Shown: piece after piece, positions 33,424 through 43,892 of the stretch
Position numbering within the stretch: position 1 is the stretch's first letter
How the letters are laid out: the number at the start of each line of letters is the position of its first letter
Made by a program: the position numbers and the translations under genes
Notes under the pieces: model-generated
The model's database searches: none
What the model was told of the DNA's origin: nothing
Seen by the model: the letters and a program-made list of their open reading frames with translations, nothing else
Source of the DNA: Bacteroidales bacterium
Lineage (GTDB): Bacteria; Bacteroidota; Bacteroidia; Bacteroidales; ML635J-15
Direction of reading: 5' to 3'
Length of the DNA stretch: 64,000 nt
Assembly: GCA_027858835.1 (NCBI GenBank)
Contig: JAQIBY010000102.1
Location: forward strand, 1,918 to 65,917

Positions 33424-35757
33424 TCAAAACCGAAAGGCAACTCCAAACTGATGAACGAAATTTCTACCTAGGAGCATCCCGTATTTTACGGTATAATTAC
33501 GACCAATATTTAGCATAAACCCGGCTTCATAAAAATATCCTCCCTCTGAATTGTTTTCATTACGAACCCACTCGTCAGAAACCATTTCGCTACTATAAAG
33601 CTCATATTGAGGGTAATAGCCGAGCCCCATTCCGCCATAAACCCACAAAGGATAAATTATAGGATAAGTAACTCCTGCCGAAATAGCCACATTCCCTTTC
33701 CTTTTTCTTCCTGTGTACTCAGCATCAGAATACAAAAACTCATACTCCGACTTTGTATGAAGTACCTGTGACCCAGTGAGTATCCAATCGAAATTACATT
33801 TGACAGCATAATAGGTCCCCATTCCTTTCTGTTTAAGTCCACCCAAAGAAAATCCGATTTCAGATTCTGTGTCAAAATTATACATCAGATATGTATTATC
33901 CGGACGGTTTAAGCGGTTATTTGCTTTATTCAACTTTTTCATAACCTCACTACTACGTTCTGTATTCGGATAAGCTGCCATATATTTATTGAAATAAAAT
34001 TGTGTCAAGGAATAGTTTTTCTCATCAAATGCCTCATTTCCAAGCACGTAATATGAGTTCTCAAGCACCTCATGCACCGATTTTATGTGTTTTCCGTTGG
34101 GAAATGAATCCACATAGATTTCATAATCTGCAAGTTTATTTGAACTGTTCGCTTTTTCAAACATGGCATCATCCAAACGACTACGTAAGTTTGATATTTT
34201 CAATTCTGCATCCGACTGATAACGTCCGTTCGGGTATGCATTCAGGTAAGTTTGATACATGCTAAGCTTATCGGCGCGTTCGGCTTTTTCCCATAAAGCC
34301 ATTTCACGTTTATCTGCCTCAGAGCGGACATCGGCAAAAAAGGTGTTTTCACTATCCATTTCAACTTGTATTGTCCCGCGCTGTGTTATCGTCCCGTTTC
34401 GGATAAGCAAAGGATATGCTCCAAATCCCAATTCAAGTTGCAAGGGTGTTTTCCCTTGAAAAACCTCATCAATAAAAACCTCGGCTCCTTTGGGTGAAGA
34501 TTCAATAAGAACTTGTGTTGCACTGCGAAGTACCGTGTCAATTACAATGGTTTTATTTTGTAAAATTTCAAAAACTTGTCGGTGGGTTGCATATCCGTCA
34601 AAAGTCAATTGCAATTCGTGCTCCCCACAAATCAAATCTGAAATTGTATTTGGAGTTTTTCCATAAGCATTTCCATCAACAAAAATTTCAGCACCAATCG
34701 GTTTGCTGATGATATCAACATTTCCAGTTTGAGGGGTTAAACTCAAATCTAGGGAGATGGCTTTCCCTGACTGAACATCTAACTGTTTGTTGCGAGTTTG
34801 GTAATGAGCTTTTTGAACATTGACTTCATAAATCCCTACAAGTAAGCGCCCATTCCACTCCCTGACACCGCGTTTTTGACCACTAATCTGTATTTCCGCA
34901 CCCTCAGTTGAAACAATGCTTACATCAGCAAAAGCGGGCATCATAGTAAAAGCCACATCTGTCTGGGTTTCATCCTCAATCAGGATTGTTTTTGTTTGAT
35001 TTTGATACCATTTTGATTTTAATCCGATTTCTTGATTCCCACTGTCAATTCCTGTTAACAATACGGGAGTGGTTTTTCCGCTTGCTTTTCCGTTAACAAA
35101 AACTTCCATCCCATCTTCCGGTTCAGAACTGACATACACATCGCCAAATTTCGGTTTAAGCACATGACTTATTTCCTTTTTCTCATTGGCAATTTCAAGT
35201 TTTCCAATAACGGGATGATGCCGCGGATATTGGATGCGATAATCATACGTACCTTCTTTATATTTCCGATTCAGCGGAGTTTCTCCGATTTCTTTTCCGT
35301 CTATATAAAATGTAGCTCCGGCAGGCTCAGTTTGAACCACCAACCATTGTGCTGCAATTTCCAAATCTTCAACAATGGTAGTTACTTTACCGGATACCAA
35401 TACCATTTCATAAACTGAGGCTTCTTTAATGCTTTCAGGATACAAATAATTACGCAATACGCCTAAATCGGCATGTTTTATGGTGATTTTTTTTGCAGCT
35501 CTCGGAATATAAACCCATATTTCACCGGTTTTTTGTTCTGTTTTTACAATTCCCAACATGCCACCTTCAAATTCGAATCCACGCTCGCCGGTAACAATTT
35601 TTATGAGTGCAGCCTTTTCCCCGTTTTGATCAGTTACTACATGATTAATGCGTGCATCCATATCCTGCGGCAAACTGCGAAAAGTTTTCACATCAAAATT
35701 TTGCGCTGAACCAATCAGCGAAAACAATAATAATATGAAAACAAGCAGGCGACCCAT
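33424..35757 (-). CDS. PEGA-domain repeat protein with a TPR-like region and a beta-rich C-terminal domain
   Basis: A signal peptide is present. At least three PEGA motifs occur (EPAGATFYIDGKEIGETPL, PIGAEIFVDGNAYGKTPN, SPKGAEVFIDEVFQGKTPL). Y..YL..YPNG repeats follow, and the protein ends ...GVAFRF. Confidence 0.7.
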   Translation of the reverse strand: MGRLLVFILLLFSLIGSAQNFDVKTFRSLPQDMDARINHVVTDQNGEKAALIKIVTGERGFEFEGGMLGIVKTEQKTGEIWVYIPRAAKKITIKHADLGVLRNYLYPESIKEASVYEMVLVSGKVTTIVEDLEIAAQWLVVQTEPAGATFYIDGKEIGETPLNRKYKEGTYDYRIQYPRHHPVIGKLEIANEKKEISHVLKPKFGDVYVSSEPEDGMEVFVNGKASGKTTPVLLTGIDSGNQEIGLKSKWYQNQTKTILIEDETQTDVAFTMMPAFADVSIVSTEGAEIQISGQKRGVREWNGRLLVGIYEVNVQKAHYQTRNKQLDVQSGKAISLDLSLTPQTGNVDIISKPIGAEIFVDGNAYGKTPNTISDLICGEHELQLTFDGYATHRQVFEILQNKTIVIDTVLRSATQVLIESSPKGAEVFIDEVFQGKTPLQLELGFGAYPLLIRNGTITQRGTIQVEMDSENTFFADVRSEADKREMALWEKAERADKLSMYQTYLNAYPNGRYQSDAELKISNLRSRLDDAMFEKANSSNKLADYEIYVDSFPNGKHIKSVHEVLENSYYVLGNEAFDEKNYSLTQFYFNKYMAAYPNTERSSEVMKKLNKANNRLNRPDNTYLMYNFDTESEIGFSLGGLKQKGMGTYYAVKCNFDWILTGSQVLHTKSEYEFLYSDAEYTGRKRKGNVAISAGVTYPIIYPLWVYGGMGLGYYPQYELYSSEMVSDEWVRNENNSEGGYFYEAGFMLNIGRNYTVKYGMLLGRNFVHQFGVAFRF

Positions 35758-36157
35758 AATTGAATTTGTTGTAAAAGTAACATGGTTTCATCAAATCCCA
35801 AAACGCAAATAAAATTCCAATATCTGTGCCAATATTTCAGTTTGCAAGCTGTTGCTTAACACCAATAAAATATTGCAACGCATAAAATAATATTTTCTGA
35901 TTGTCATTATAGATATTATGTCCAGAATTAAACATGCCAAGTAAGAAACACAAACATATTAATACTCATAAACATTTTGTCGACCAATTTTTCTTATAAT
36001 TCATTAAATAAATGAATGAAATAAAAAAATATTATACATAATATTTGGTCATTACAAAATATTTACTATATTGAAGACAATGAAAAGTCGGTTTTTCAAT
36101 ATGATTAAGTCGTTCTTTCAGAAATTAAATAAATGTTTAACTTAAAAAATGTAAATT

Positions 36158-36379
36158 ATGTCAAACAGTGGAAAAATTTTATTAGGTATTTTGAGTGGCG
36201 TTGCTGCCGGAGTTATTACTGGAATCCTTGTTGCTCCTACAAGTGGTAAAGAAACCAGACAAAATATATCAGAAAAAACTGATGATTTGCTTTCAAACTT
36301 AAAAGAATTTTTAAGTAGAGAAAAAGCAAAAGAGGCAGAAGAAGGTAAAACAACAAGTAAGAAATCAAGTGCCAGTTAG
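36158..36379 (+). CDS. YtxH-domain protein
   Basis: 73 aa. The N-terminus GILSGVAAGVITGILVAPTSGKETR is typical of YtxH. Confidence 0.7.
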   Translation: MSNSGKILLGILSGVAAGVITGILVAPTSGKETRQNISEKTDDLLSNLKEFLSREKAKEAEEGKTTSKKSSAS

Positions 36380-36568
36380 ATAATTTAATCATTCTAGCAA
36401 AAGTGCGCTGGCAATATTACACAATATGTGTCTTAGGTTTTTTTAATCAGGACAAGGAGTTGTGTCTCCTGTCTGAAAGCAGGGGTCTGTCGTTGTTCTT
36501 TAACAAAGGCTGCGACAGGCTAGCCGGCAAGCTTTTTATTTTTTATTTTAAAAATTAAGTAAGGCTGT

Positions 36569-36898
36569 ATGCTAAAAAGAATCGAAAATTATATAAGCTC
36601 TCGAATTTTACTTTTGAAAGTGGAAGCGATAGAAAAAGTGAGTGATGCCATTTCCGTAGTTTTCAAACGGATAATATTATTTATAATTGCAGGCTTGGTT
36701 TTCTTTTTTGCCTCAATAGCTGTTGCAATATGGATTGGAGAGCTTTACAATTCATACATTATCGGGTTTTTTGCGATAGCGGCTGTATATTTTTTGATAT
36801 TGATTATTTTGTTTGTTTTCAGAAAACAATTGCTCGAGAAAAATATCAAAAATGATGTAATCCGCACATTATTTAATGATTCAAGTACGCAGAAATAA
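36569..36898 (+). CDS. Two-TM membrane protein (Holin-X/YqjE-like topology)
   Basis: 109 aa with an amphipathic N-terminus followed by two long hydrophobic helices. Adjacency to ytxH is common for this family. This is a weak call. Confidence 0.4.
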   Translation: MLKRIENYISSRILLLKVEAIEKVSDAISVVFKRIILFIIAGLVFFFASIAVAIWIGELYNSYIIGFFAIAAVYFLILIILFVFRKQLLEKNIKNDVIRTLFNDSSTQK

Positions 36899-36907
36899 AT
36901 AACTGCT

Positions 36908-37213
36908 ATGATAAATAATTACGACGAATTAATACTAGTCAAAAATGAGTTGAAAAATCGTGTTCATCAAACGGAACAAGATTTTATCAACCAATATGAA
37001 CTAATTTCTACCTTTATAAAGGTATCTGAAATTCATAAAGACACAAAGCATGAGGAAAAGCGTAGAAATATTCATGCGCTAATCATTCAAAGCATCACTG
37101 AATATCTTAAAGAACAAAAGGTTTTGAAAAAATACAAAGCAGAATATACCACGATTGGGATTCCAATTATTTTAACTTTGATTTCCAGCCTTATCATGAA
37201 AAATCGGAATTGA
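36908..37213 (+). CDS. Hypothetical protein with a C-terminal TM
   Basis: 101-aa ORF with helix IGIPIILTLISSLIM. Confidence 0.45.
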   Translation: MINNYDELILVKNELKNRVHQTEQDFINQYELISTFIKVSEIHKDTKHEEKRRNIHALIIQSITEYLKEQKVLKKYKAEYTTIGIPIILTLISSLIMKNRN

Positions 37214-37406
37214 TGAGGGTAAACTCCTAATTGCAAATACCATAAATCTCAATAAACGTTGGAAAAAAATAAGTTGCAGCGTCTTTTACGACGATTGAAT
37301 CATATCAAAAGACAGTTTAACATATTCCCAATGTAGCTTTGTAAATTTACTTATGAGTAATCTGCAAAAAAAGGCTCAAATCATAAACCCATAGTGTTTT
37401 ATACAA

Positions 37407-38396
37407 CTACCGATACACAATGCTGTATCCGATACTTTGAAAATCTGCGGTATTTCTCATTTGTCCATGCGGATTGACACCATAATAATACCTGACATAA
37501 AATCCCAAACTCGATTTTTGATTTTTCAATAAATGGCGATATCCAAGATACACATTAACACTCCACAATCTTTCTTCCTGGCTTTCATAATCATAAGCAA
37601 ACTTCACCCGATTTCTTGCCTCAACTGAAATTTCCTGCATCCATCGCTTTGAGCATAAAAACCCCTCTGTTTGCTGATAATTCATCTGTATAAAATATTC
37701 AAAATGTTTGCTGCTCAACGGAACGTCAACACCGCCAACCTCTAGACTATCGATGCCATAATATCCTTCAGACGGAAACCATAAACCGTGAATGCCGGCT
37801 TTGAACGACAATAAATTCAAACGAATTGTATTAGGATCATTTAGCACAAAAGCAAATTCCCAAGCTTCGTACGAAATATTGATTCGCTTAAAATCGGGAA
37901 CTAATGCTTGCCCGTGCATTATAAATTCATCCCCAAGATGAGTGCTTTCATGAAATATGGGAACAAGTTGTACACCAATATTTTTGAGCTTCTTATGGTC
38001 AAGATTTTTCAACAAAGACAAACTCAATCCGAAAAAATAATCGTTATTAATAACCGGAGCAGTGCTTGTTTCAAACATGTCAACCAACACGATACTTGCA
38101 ATATCGGCATTCAATTTCCATGAAAAATTGTTTTCTGCATTGTGATATGCAATTAAAGGAATATCAGCCCCTAGATGCGTTTCAATAAAGGGACGGTTTG
38201 AAAAATCATTTAAATAATAATTTCCGTCCAGATCATTCAATTTCACCAATTCCATTTTTATTATCGGACTGCGAATATCAGAAACAAAAGGCTTTCCAAA
38301 CTCTGAATTTTCAAAAAACCGGAAATTATGGGTTTGTGAAAATCCGTGTGCTACAAAAAACACACTTATCATGAAAAAAATCAAAAGATATTTCAT
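37407..38396 (-). CDS. Secreted beta-rich protein, probable outer-membrane protein of unknown family
   Basis: A signal peptide and alternating aromatic/polar beta-strand pattern are present, along with the motif HESTHLGDE. Confidence 0.45.
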   Translation of the reverse strand: MKYLLIFFMISVFFVAHGFSQTHNFRFFENSEFGKPFVSDIRSPIIKMELVKLNDLDGNYYLNDFSNRPFIETHLGADIPLIAYHNAENNFSWKLNADIASIVLVDMFETSTAPVINNDYFFGLSLSLLKNLDHKKLKNIGVQLVPIFHESTHLGDEFIMHGQALVPDFKRINISYEAWEFAFVLNDPNTIRLNLLSFKAGIHGLWFPSEGYYGIDSLEVGGVDVPLSSKHFEYFIQMNYQQTEGFLCSKRWMQEISVEARNRVKFAYDYESQEERLWSVNVYLGYRHLLKNQKSSLGFYVRYYYGVNPHGQMRNTADFQSIGYSIVYR

Positions 38397-38433
38397 TGTA
38401 TCAAAATTGTTTAGGTAAAGCTACATTTTTTTA

Positions 38434-39090
38434 CTAAACTGAAAACACAATTAAATTACCCTGAATTTCCAGATGCTTAAACCCAAAGCGATGTTTAATA
38501 TACTCCAAGGTTTTTTCGTGATAAAAGAGCAAGTGTGTTTTATCATTTTTATAATGCCAGGTCTTGAAATCTATTTTCGAATGATAAATGGATGTCATGC
38601 AAATTATCTTACCCCCGGGTTTTAAGCGATTATACAGAAATTGGAATTCATCCAATGGATAATGAAAATGTTCGATGACTTCGCAGGCCACAATATAATC
38701 AAATTGCTTTTTTAAAAGCTCCTTGTCGGGATGAAAAAAGGGATCATACACAGATATATCATAGCCTAATTCCCTAAGCAATTTGGAGATAACTGGTCCT
38801 GGACCTGCCCCATAATCCAAGCCTTTGTCTTTTGCTGTAAAAACCTGTTTTACTGTCTCGACAATTGGTCTCACAAACGTTTGATATCCGAGATTATCAA
38901 CATCATTATTGTGAGTCTCATAGCGAGCCTTTTCATAAGCTGATTTTGGGAAATATTCAGGGGGACAAAATCGTGCAAAACACTGATCGCATTCATAGTA
39001 TCTACGATTTTTATCCTGATGAAAAGCATTTGCCGGATTTGAGCAAATCGGACATTGACGATTTTCCATCTTATCGAAACGCTTTTTCAT
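38434..39090 (-). CDS. Class I SAM-dependent methyltransferase with an N-terminal zinc ribbon
   Basis: The zinc ribbon is CPICS...CDQC. Motif I is GLDYGAGPGPV. Confidence 0.7.
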   Translation of the reverse strand: MKKRFDKMENRQCPICSNPANAFHQDKNRRYYECDQCFARFCPPEYFPKSAYEKARYETHNNDVDNLGYQTFVRPIVETVKQVFTAKDKGLDYGAGPGPVISKLLRELGYDISVYDPFFHPDKELLKKQFDYIVACEVIEHFHYPLDEFQFLYNRLKPGGKIICMTSIYHSKIDFKTWHYKNDKTHLLFYHEKTLEYIKHRFGFKHLEIQGNLIVFSV

Positions 39091-39091
39091 G

Positions 39092-41533
39092 TTAAAAAGC
39101 CATATACAGTTTGAGATTCCAGCGTCGCCCAGTCAAATAATTTGGGACAGCGTATTGTCTTCCAGAAATATCAGAAACCCAAATATGAGATATTGTATTA
39201 TTTATATCCAGCAGGTTAAATGCCTCCAGCGATATCCAAAAATCCTTGATAAAACGAAACGGACTTTTTTCCGGAAAACTCGTATTTTTACCCACAATTT
39301 GTTTTGACAAACCAAGGTCAACACGACGATAAGCCGGAATTGTGCCAGTGTCCATATAGCGTGGTGAATTTGGCGGTCCAAACGGAAGCCCTGAACCATA
39401 AACCATGTTTAAATGTGCTTTCCAGCTCTCATTTCCGGGCAAATAATCCTGAAAAAAGATATTGACATTAACACGCTGATCAGTCGGGCGCCGCAAATAT
39501 CCGGGATAAACTGTATTTCCGTCTTCATCAACATAAGAATCCCCTTCAATGTCCTCTTTGGTTTGCATTACCGAAATTGACACCCATGATTCTGTTCCTT
39601 TTACAAACTCGCCATTTACTTTCAAATCAAAGCCAACTGCATATCCAACTGCCATGTTTTCTCCATAATATCGAATCCGCACATTCTCAATATCATACGG
39701 AATAATATTCCACAAATATTTGTAATACACTTCGCTCATCAATTTGAATGGTCTGTCCCAGGCTTTAAAAATGTAATCACCGCCGAGTACAGCTTGTGCC
39801 GATGATTGCGCCTTAATATCTTCATTGACTGAACCATCCGGTAATATCATTTCTTTAAAAAATGGCGGTTGATGATAAATTCCTCCAGACAAGCGAAAAA
39901 TCACATCGCGCCAACTATTTGGATCGTAAGATAATGCAAGCCGTGGAGAAACTAAGAATTGCTTGTTAAAAGACCAATAATTCCCGCGGATTCCGGTCAT
40001 TAAACTAAACTCATTGCTGTCTTGAACAAAATCAATTTCGTGTTGGGCATATATCTCTCCCCGATGCGATAACAAATTCAGATTGGAAGTATCCGTAAAA
40101 AAGAGCAGGACATTTTCATCGCTGTATGGTAATGAGTATCCGGCAGAATCAATCATTTTCCATTCTTTAAGGATATAATCAATGGACTCTATCTGATATT
40201 TCCCGCCCCATTTAATTTTTTGATTACTCCAGTCTTTTCGTCCCGAATGGCTAAGACTTAACACGTTTGCTGACAATTGGTTATTGGCGTGATCTAGAAA
40301 ACTTCCCACCCCGATATTTGTCACACTGTCACCATAATCCTCTTCGCCGGGATTCGTTTCCAGATTATTCAAATAATATTGTCCCAAAATATCAAAACGC
40401 TCTTTTTCCTCAGTAAAAAATCCGGAAAGAATAAAGCGCATACTCAAGCTGTCTAAATCCTGATAATTAAAACTCAAGGCACCCGTTCCGGTTGAATAGG
40501 TATCTTTTTCTTGACCATCGAAGTAAATTTTCAGTTTATAGGCTTCATTAAATGTGCCAAAAGAAGTTTCACCAGTTTCCGGAAAAAATCGATATGTATT
40601 TTGGGCATAGTTTCCCAAGAAGGAAACCTCCCAGCGTTCGGTCATCAAATAATTAAGATATGTTTGCACATCGAAAAAATTGGGATCGTACTGCCCTTCG
40701 GTATCCAGTGATTTCAATAAATATCGATTGGTTTTATAACGTGTACCCATCAAGTATTGGAACCTTCTATTTTTTGAAATGCCCTCAAGATGCATCGTTC
40801 CGCCTAATAAACTGGCCGAAAAACTAGCTGCATTTTCTCTGGGTTTCCGATAAGTGATATCCAATACCGAGGACATCTTATCGCCGTATGTGGCATCAAA
40901 TCCTCCCGCAGAGAATATCAAGGATGAAACCATATCTGAATTAATAAAACTCAAACCCTCTTGTTGTCCAGAACGAATTAACATGGGACGATATATCTGA
41001 ACCCCATTTACATATACCAGGTTTTCATCAAAATTTCCGCCACGCACATTATATTGTGAGCTTAATTCATTATTTGATGATGTGCCCGGCAAGCTTTTAA
41101 TCAAAGACTCCACTCCAATTGTAGAAACGACATATTTTGTAATTTTAGGATCAAGTCGGGTAAGCCCTGATTTACGTATCATTTTATCTTCAACAGTAGC
41201 CGGACCTAGTATTTCAACAGACTGCTTGAGCGATACATCAAGTCGAATCTCAGTTTGCCCGTTTGTTGCCCTATGAACCACTTTTTTTTCATATCCAACG
41301 GCAGAGAACTCAAGATGCAAACTGTCTGAAAGTGGGACTTTTAATTCATATTTTCCATTTATATCTGAAGCCGTTCCACCATTAAAATTCAGCATTGAGA
41401 CATTAACAAAGGCCACCGACTCAGCTTGTTCATCAGTAATAAAACCGTGCACACGAATGGTTTGCTGAGCCTCAACTACAGGCAGCATTCCGAATAATAA
41501 AACGAAGCTAATCAGCAAATATCGCATAAGCAC
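39092..41533 (-). CDS. TonB-dependent receptor with an N-terminal carboxypeptidase-regulatory-like domain
   Basis: It has a signal peptide, the segment HGFITDEQAESVAFVNVS...GKYELKV, a plug region and a long beta-barrel ending ...LKLYMAF. Confidence 0.75.
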   Translation of the reverse strand: MLMRYLLISFVLLFGMLPVVEAQQTIRVHGFITDEQAESVAFVNVSMLNFNGGTASDINGKYELKVPLSDSLHLEFSAVGYEKKVVHRATNGQTEIRLDVSLKQSVEILGPATVEDKMIRKSGLTRLDPKITKYVVSTIGVESLIKSLPGTSSNNELSSQYNVRGGNFDENLVYVNGVQIYRPMLIRSGQQEGLSFINSDMVSSLIFSAGGFDATYGDKMSSVLDITYRKPRENAASFSASLLGGTMHLEGISKNRRFQYLMGTRYKTNRYLLKSLDTEGQYDPNFFDVQTYLNYLMTERWEVSFLGNYAQNTYRFFPETGETSFGTFNEAYKLKIYFDGQEKDTYSTGTGALSFNYQDLDSLSMRFILSGFFTEEKERFDILGQYYLNNLETNPGEEDYGDSVTNIGVGSFLDHANNQLSANVLSLSHSGRKDWSNQKIKWGGKYQIESIDYILKEWKMIDSAGYSLPYSDENVLLFFTDTSNLNLLSHRGEIYAQHEIDFVQDSNEFSLMTGIRGNYWSFNKQFLVSPRLALSYDPNSWRDVIFRLSGGIYHQPPFFKEMILPDGSVNEDIKAQSSAQAVLGGDYIFKAWDRPFKLMSEVYYKYLWNIIPYDIENVRIRYYGENMAVGYAVGFDLKVNGEFVKGTESWVSISVMQTKEDIEGDSYVDEDGNTVYPGYLRRPTDQRVNVNIFFQDYLPGNESWKAHLNMVYGSGLPFGPPNSPRYMDTGTIPAYRRVDLGLSKQIVGKNTSFPEKSPFRFIKDFWISLEAFNLLDINNTISHIWVSDISGRQYAVPNYLTGRRWNLKLYMAF

Positions 41534-41573
41534 TTAAAACGCATTCAAAAAAAGAAACACAAATATGCAAATT

Positions 41574-43715
41574 TTATTGCGCATCCTCCTTATCAGTTTC
41601 AGTTTTATTTAACTCCGGATATTCAATGCGTGTATGGTAAATACTGAGTAATTTCTCAGTAAACACTTTCTTGGACAAACTTATTTTTTTCAGAGTAATA
41701 TCCACATGGTCAAATTGTCCGGCAGCTAATTGGGAATCAATAATCGCATTTACCATTTTGGATATGCTTTCTTCCGTATATTCTTTCAGCGTACGGGTTG
41801 CCGCTTCAATAGAGTCCGCCATCATCAAAATTGCATTTTCTATATTTCTTGGCGATGGTCCCGGGTAGGTAAATTTTGCTTCGTCAATTTCCTTGTCGGG
41901 ATACTTATTGAGATAAGAGCGGTAAAAATACTGCGCTTTGCCAATTCCGTGATGCGTACGGATAAAGTCAATTACAGAATCCGGGAGTTTTGCTTTTTTT
42001 GCCATTTCAACTCCGCGGGTTACATGCGAAATAATAATTTCAGCAGATTCATCAAACTCAAGTTTTTCGTGCGGATTAAACCCCGATTGGTTTTCCACAA
42101 AATATTCCGGAGTAGCTGCCTTTCCAATATCATGATACAAAGCACCCGTGCGAATAAGTAAGGGATTTCCGCCCACCACTCTACCAACAGCTTCTGCCAA
42201 ATTTGCAACCTGCATTGAATGTTGAAATGAGCCCGGTGCTTTTTCTGCCAATTTGCGCAATAAAGGATGATTGGTGTCTGTCAATTCCATCAAAGTTGCA
42301 TCAGAAATAAAGCCGAAGATTTTTTCGTACACCCAAATCAGAGGAATGGTAAATAAAATTAGCAAAGCAGATCCGCCAAACCAGGCAAAATCAACCCAAT
42401 CTATATGCGGCAGGCCTCCGCTGTACATAATTTGCAACGAAAAGAATAAGCCCGCGTATGTCATTAAAACATAAAATGCGGTAACAAACATGCGCTTTCG
42501 CTGCTGAATATTTTTAAGGCTAAATACCGCAACAATACCAGCAATCATTTGAATAAAAACAAATTCAAATCCGTTGGGAGCAACAAATCCGACCATCATA
42601 ATCACAATAATATGAACAAAAAGCGCAGTTCTGTCATCAAAAAAGGTTTGTACCATCATCGGAACGATGACAAAAGGAATGACATAAAGACTAATGTCAG
42701 GATTTCGAGAAATTAGCATAGCCAGTCCTGTGAAAACCAGAACCTGTAAAAGCACAAAAGATATTTTACGGGCAGAATTAAGAATTTTAGGTTTGAAATT
42801 TAGCAAAAACATGAATAATGAAAAGGCTGTAGCAAGATACAACAAGCTGATTCCCAGTATCAACAAGCCTTTACTTGTAATACTTGCATTGGATTCATAT
42901 TCCTTTTTCAAACTTGTCAACACAATATAACTTTGATCATCCACTATTCCGCCTTGCTGAATAATAAGCTCTCCTTTTTGTACTAAACCACTGGTGCTTG
43001 ATAAACTCTCCAACTTTTCATTCAGGAGTTTTTTATTGGTTTGCTCATCATATATTAAATTGGGCTTAAGTGAGTTTTCAAATTGAAATGAAGCAAGAAA
43101 TTCTTCAAACAATGGGTATTGTTTATCAATTTTCCGGATACGCTTATCGGCAGTTTCGATTAAATAATTTTGAACATCATCTAAATGATATACAGTATCA
43201 GTGATTGCTGGATAAGACACCCCCTCGTTTAACACAAAAAAGTCAAAGTTTTCTTGACTTAAACTATCCGGGAGCACAATAAGCCCCTTGTTATAAATGG
43301 ATTGTATCTCTAAAACCAAATGATTTCTCAAACTATCAGACAATTTTGAAATCTGTGAATTATACAATTTCAAATCCAGTGCAGATGATTTATTTTTCGA
43401 TTTAACAAATTGCTCCCACTGCCTTTCAAAAGCAGACTGAAAAACATCAATCGATTTCGAAGCAATGCTACTATCCTTCTCAAAATACGGCACAAAATTT
43501 CGATTAATACTGTCTTGTTCTGCGCGTATCCGAGCATCCGACTTTAATACGGGGAAGTCATACTCCGCAATTAAATCTTCATGCATCCAAGGCGCACCGG
43601 ATTTAAATTCGAACTCAAATTTTCGTTCTTTCGGAAAAATAAGGACAATGATCCCATACACTAAAATAAATGTGATAACTATATAAAACCGCAAAATGCC
43701 CTTTTTAAAATTCAT
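41574..43715 (-). CDS. 7TM-receptor/HD-hydrolase protein (HDIG domain, PgpH-like)
   Basis: An extracellular N-domain is followed by seven TMs and a C-terminal HD domain (HSMQVANLAE...LYHDIGK...HHG). Confidence 0.8.
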   Translation of the reverse strand: MNFKKGILRFYIVITFILVYGIIVLIFPKERKFEFEFKSGAPWMHEDLIAEYDFPVLKSDARIRAEQDSINRNFVPYFEKDSSIASKSIDVFQSAFERQWEQFVKSKNKSSALDLKLYNSQISKLSDSLRNHLVLEIQSIYNKGLIVLPDSLSQENFDFFVLNEGVSYPAITDTVYHLDDVQNYLIETADKRIRKIDKQYPLFEEFLASFQFENSLKPNLIYDEQTNKKLLNEKLESLSSTSGLVQKGELIIQQGGIVDDQSYIVLTSLKKEYESNASITSKGLLILGISLLYLATAFSLFMFLLNFKPKILNSARKISFVLLQVLVFTGLAMLISRNPDISLYVIPFVIVPMMVQTFFDDRTALFVHIIVIMMVGFVAPNGFEFVFIQMIAGIVAVFSLKNIQQRKRMFVTAFYVLMTYAGLFFSLQIMYSGGLPHIDWVDFAWFGGSALLILFTIPLIWVYEKIFGFISDATLMELTDTNHPLLRKLAEKAPGSFQHSMQVANLAEAVGRVVGGNPLLIRTGALYHDIGKAATPEYFVENQSGFNPHEKLEFDESAEIIISHVTRGVEMAKKAKLPDSVIDFIRTHHGIGKAQYFYRSYLNKYPDKEIDEAKFTYPGPSPRNIENAILMMADSIEAATRTLKEYTEESISKMVNAIIDSQLAAGQFDHVDITLKKISLSKKVFTEKLLSIYHTRIEYPELNKTETDKEDAQ

Positions 43716-43892
43716 AGAAGTCTTTTTTATAACGATATACTCAAAATATTGGTTAACAAATATTTGTTGATAAAAAACCCTTTATATCAACGTATAAATA
43801 TATATTTTTGAACTGAAACAAAGAAATAAAATTAACTTGAATAAAAAATAATCCACGCAAGTTGGTTATTTAAGGCAAATAAATTTAACGTA

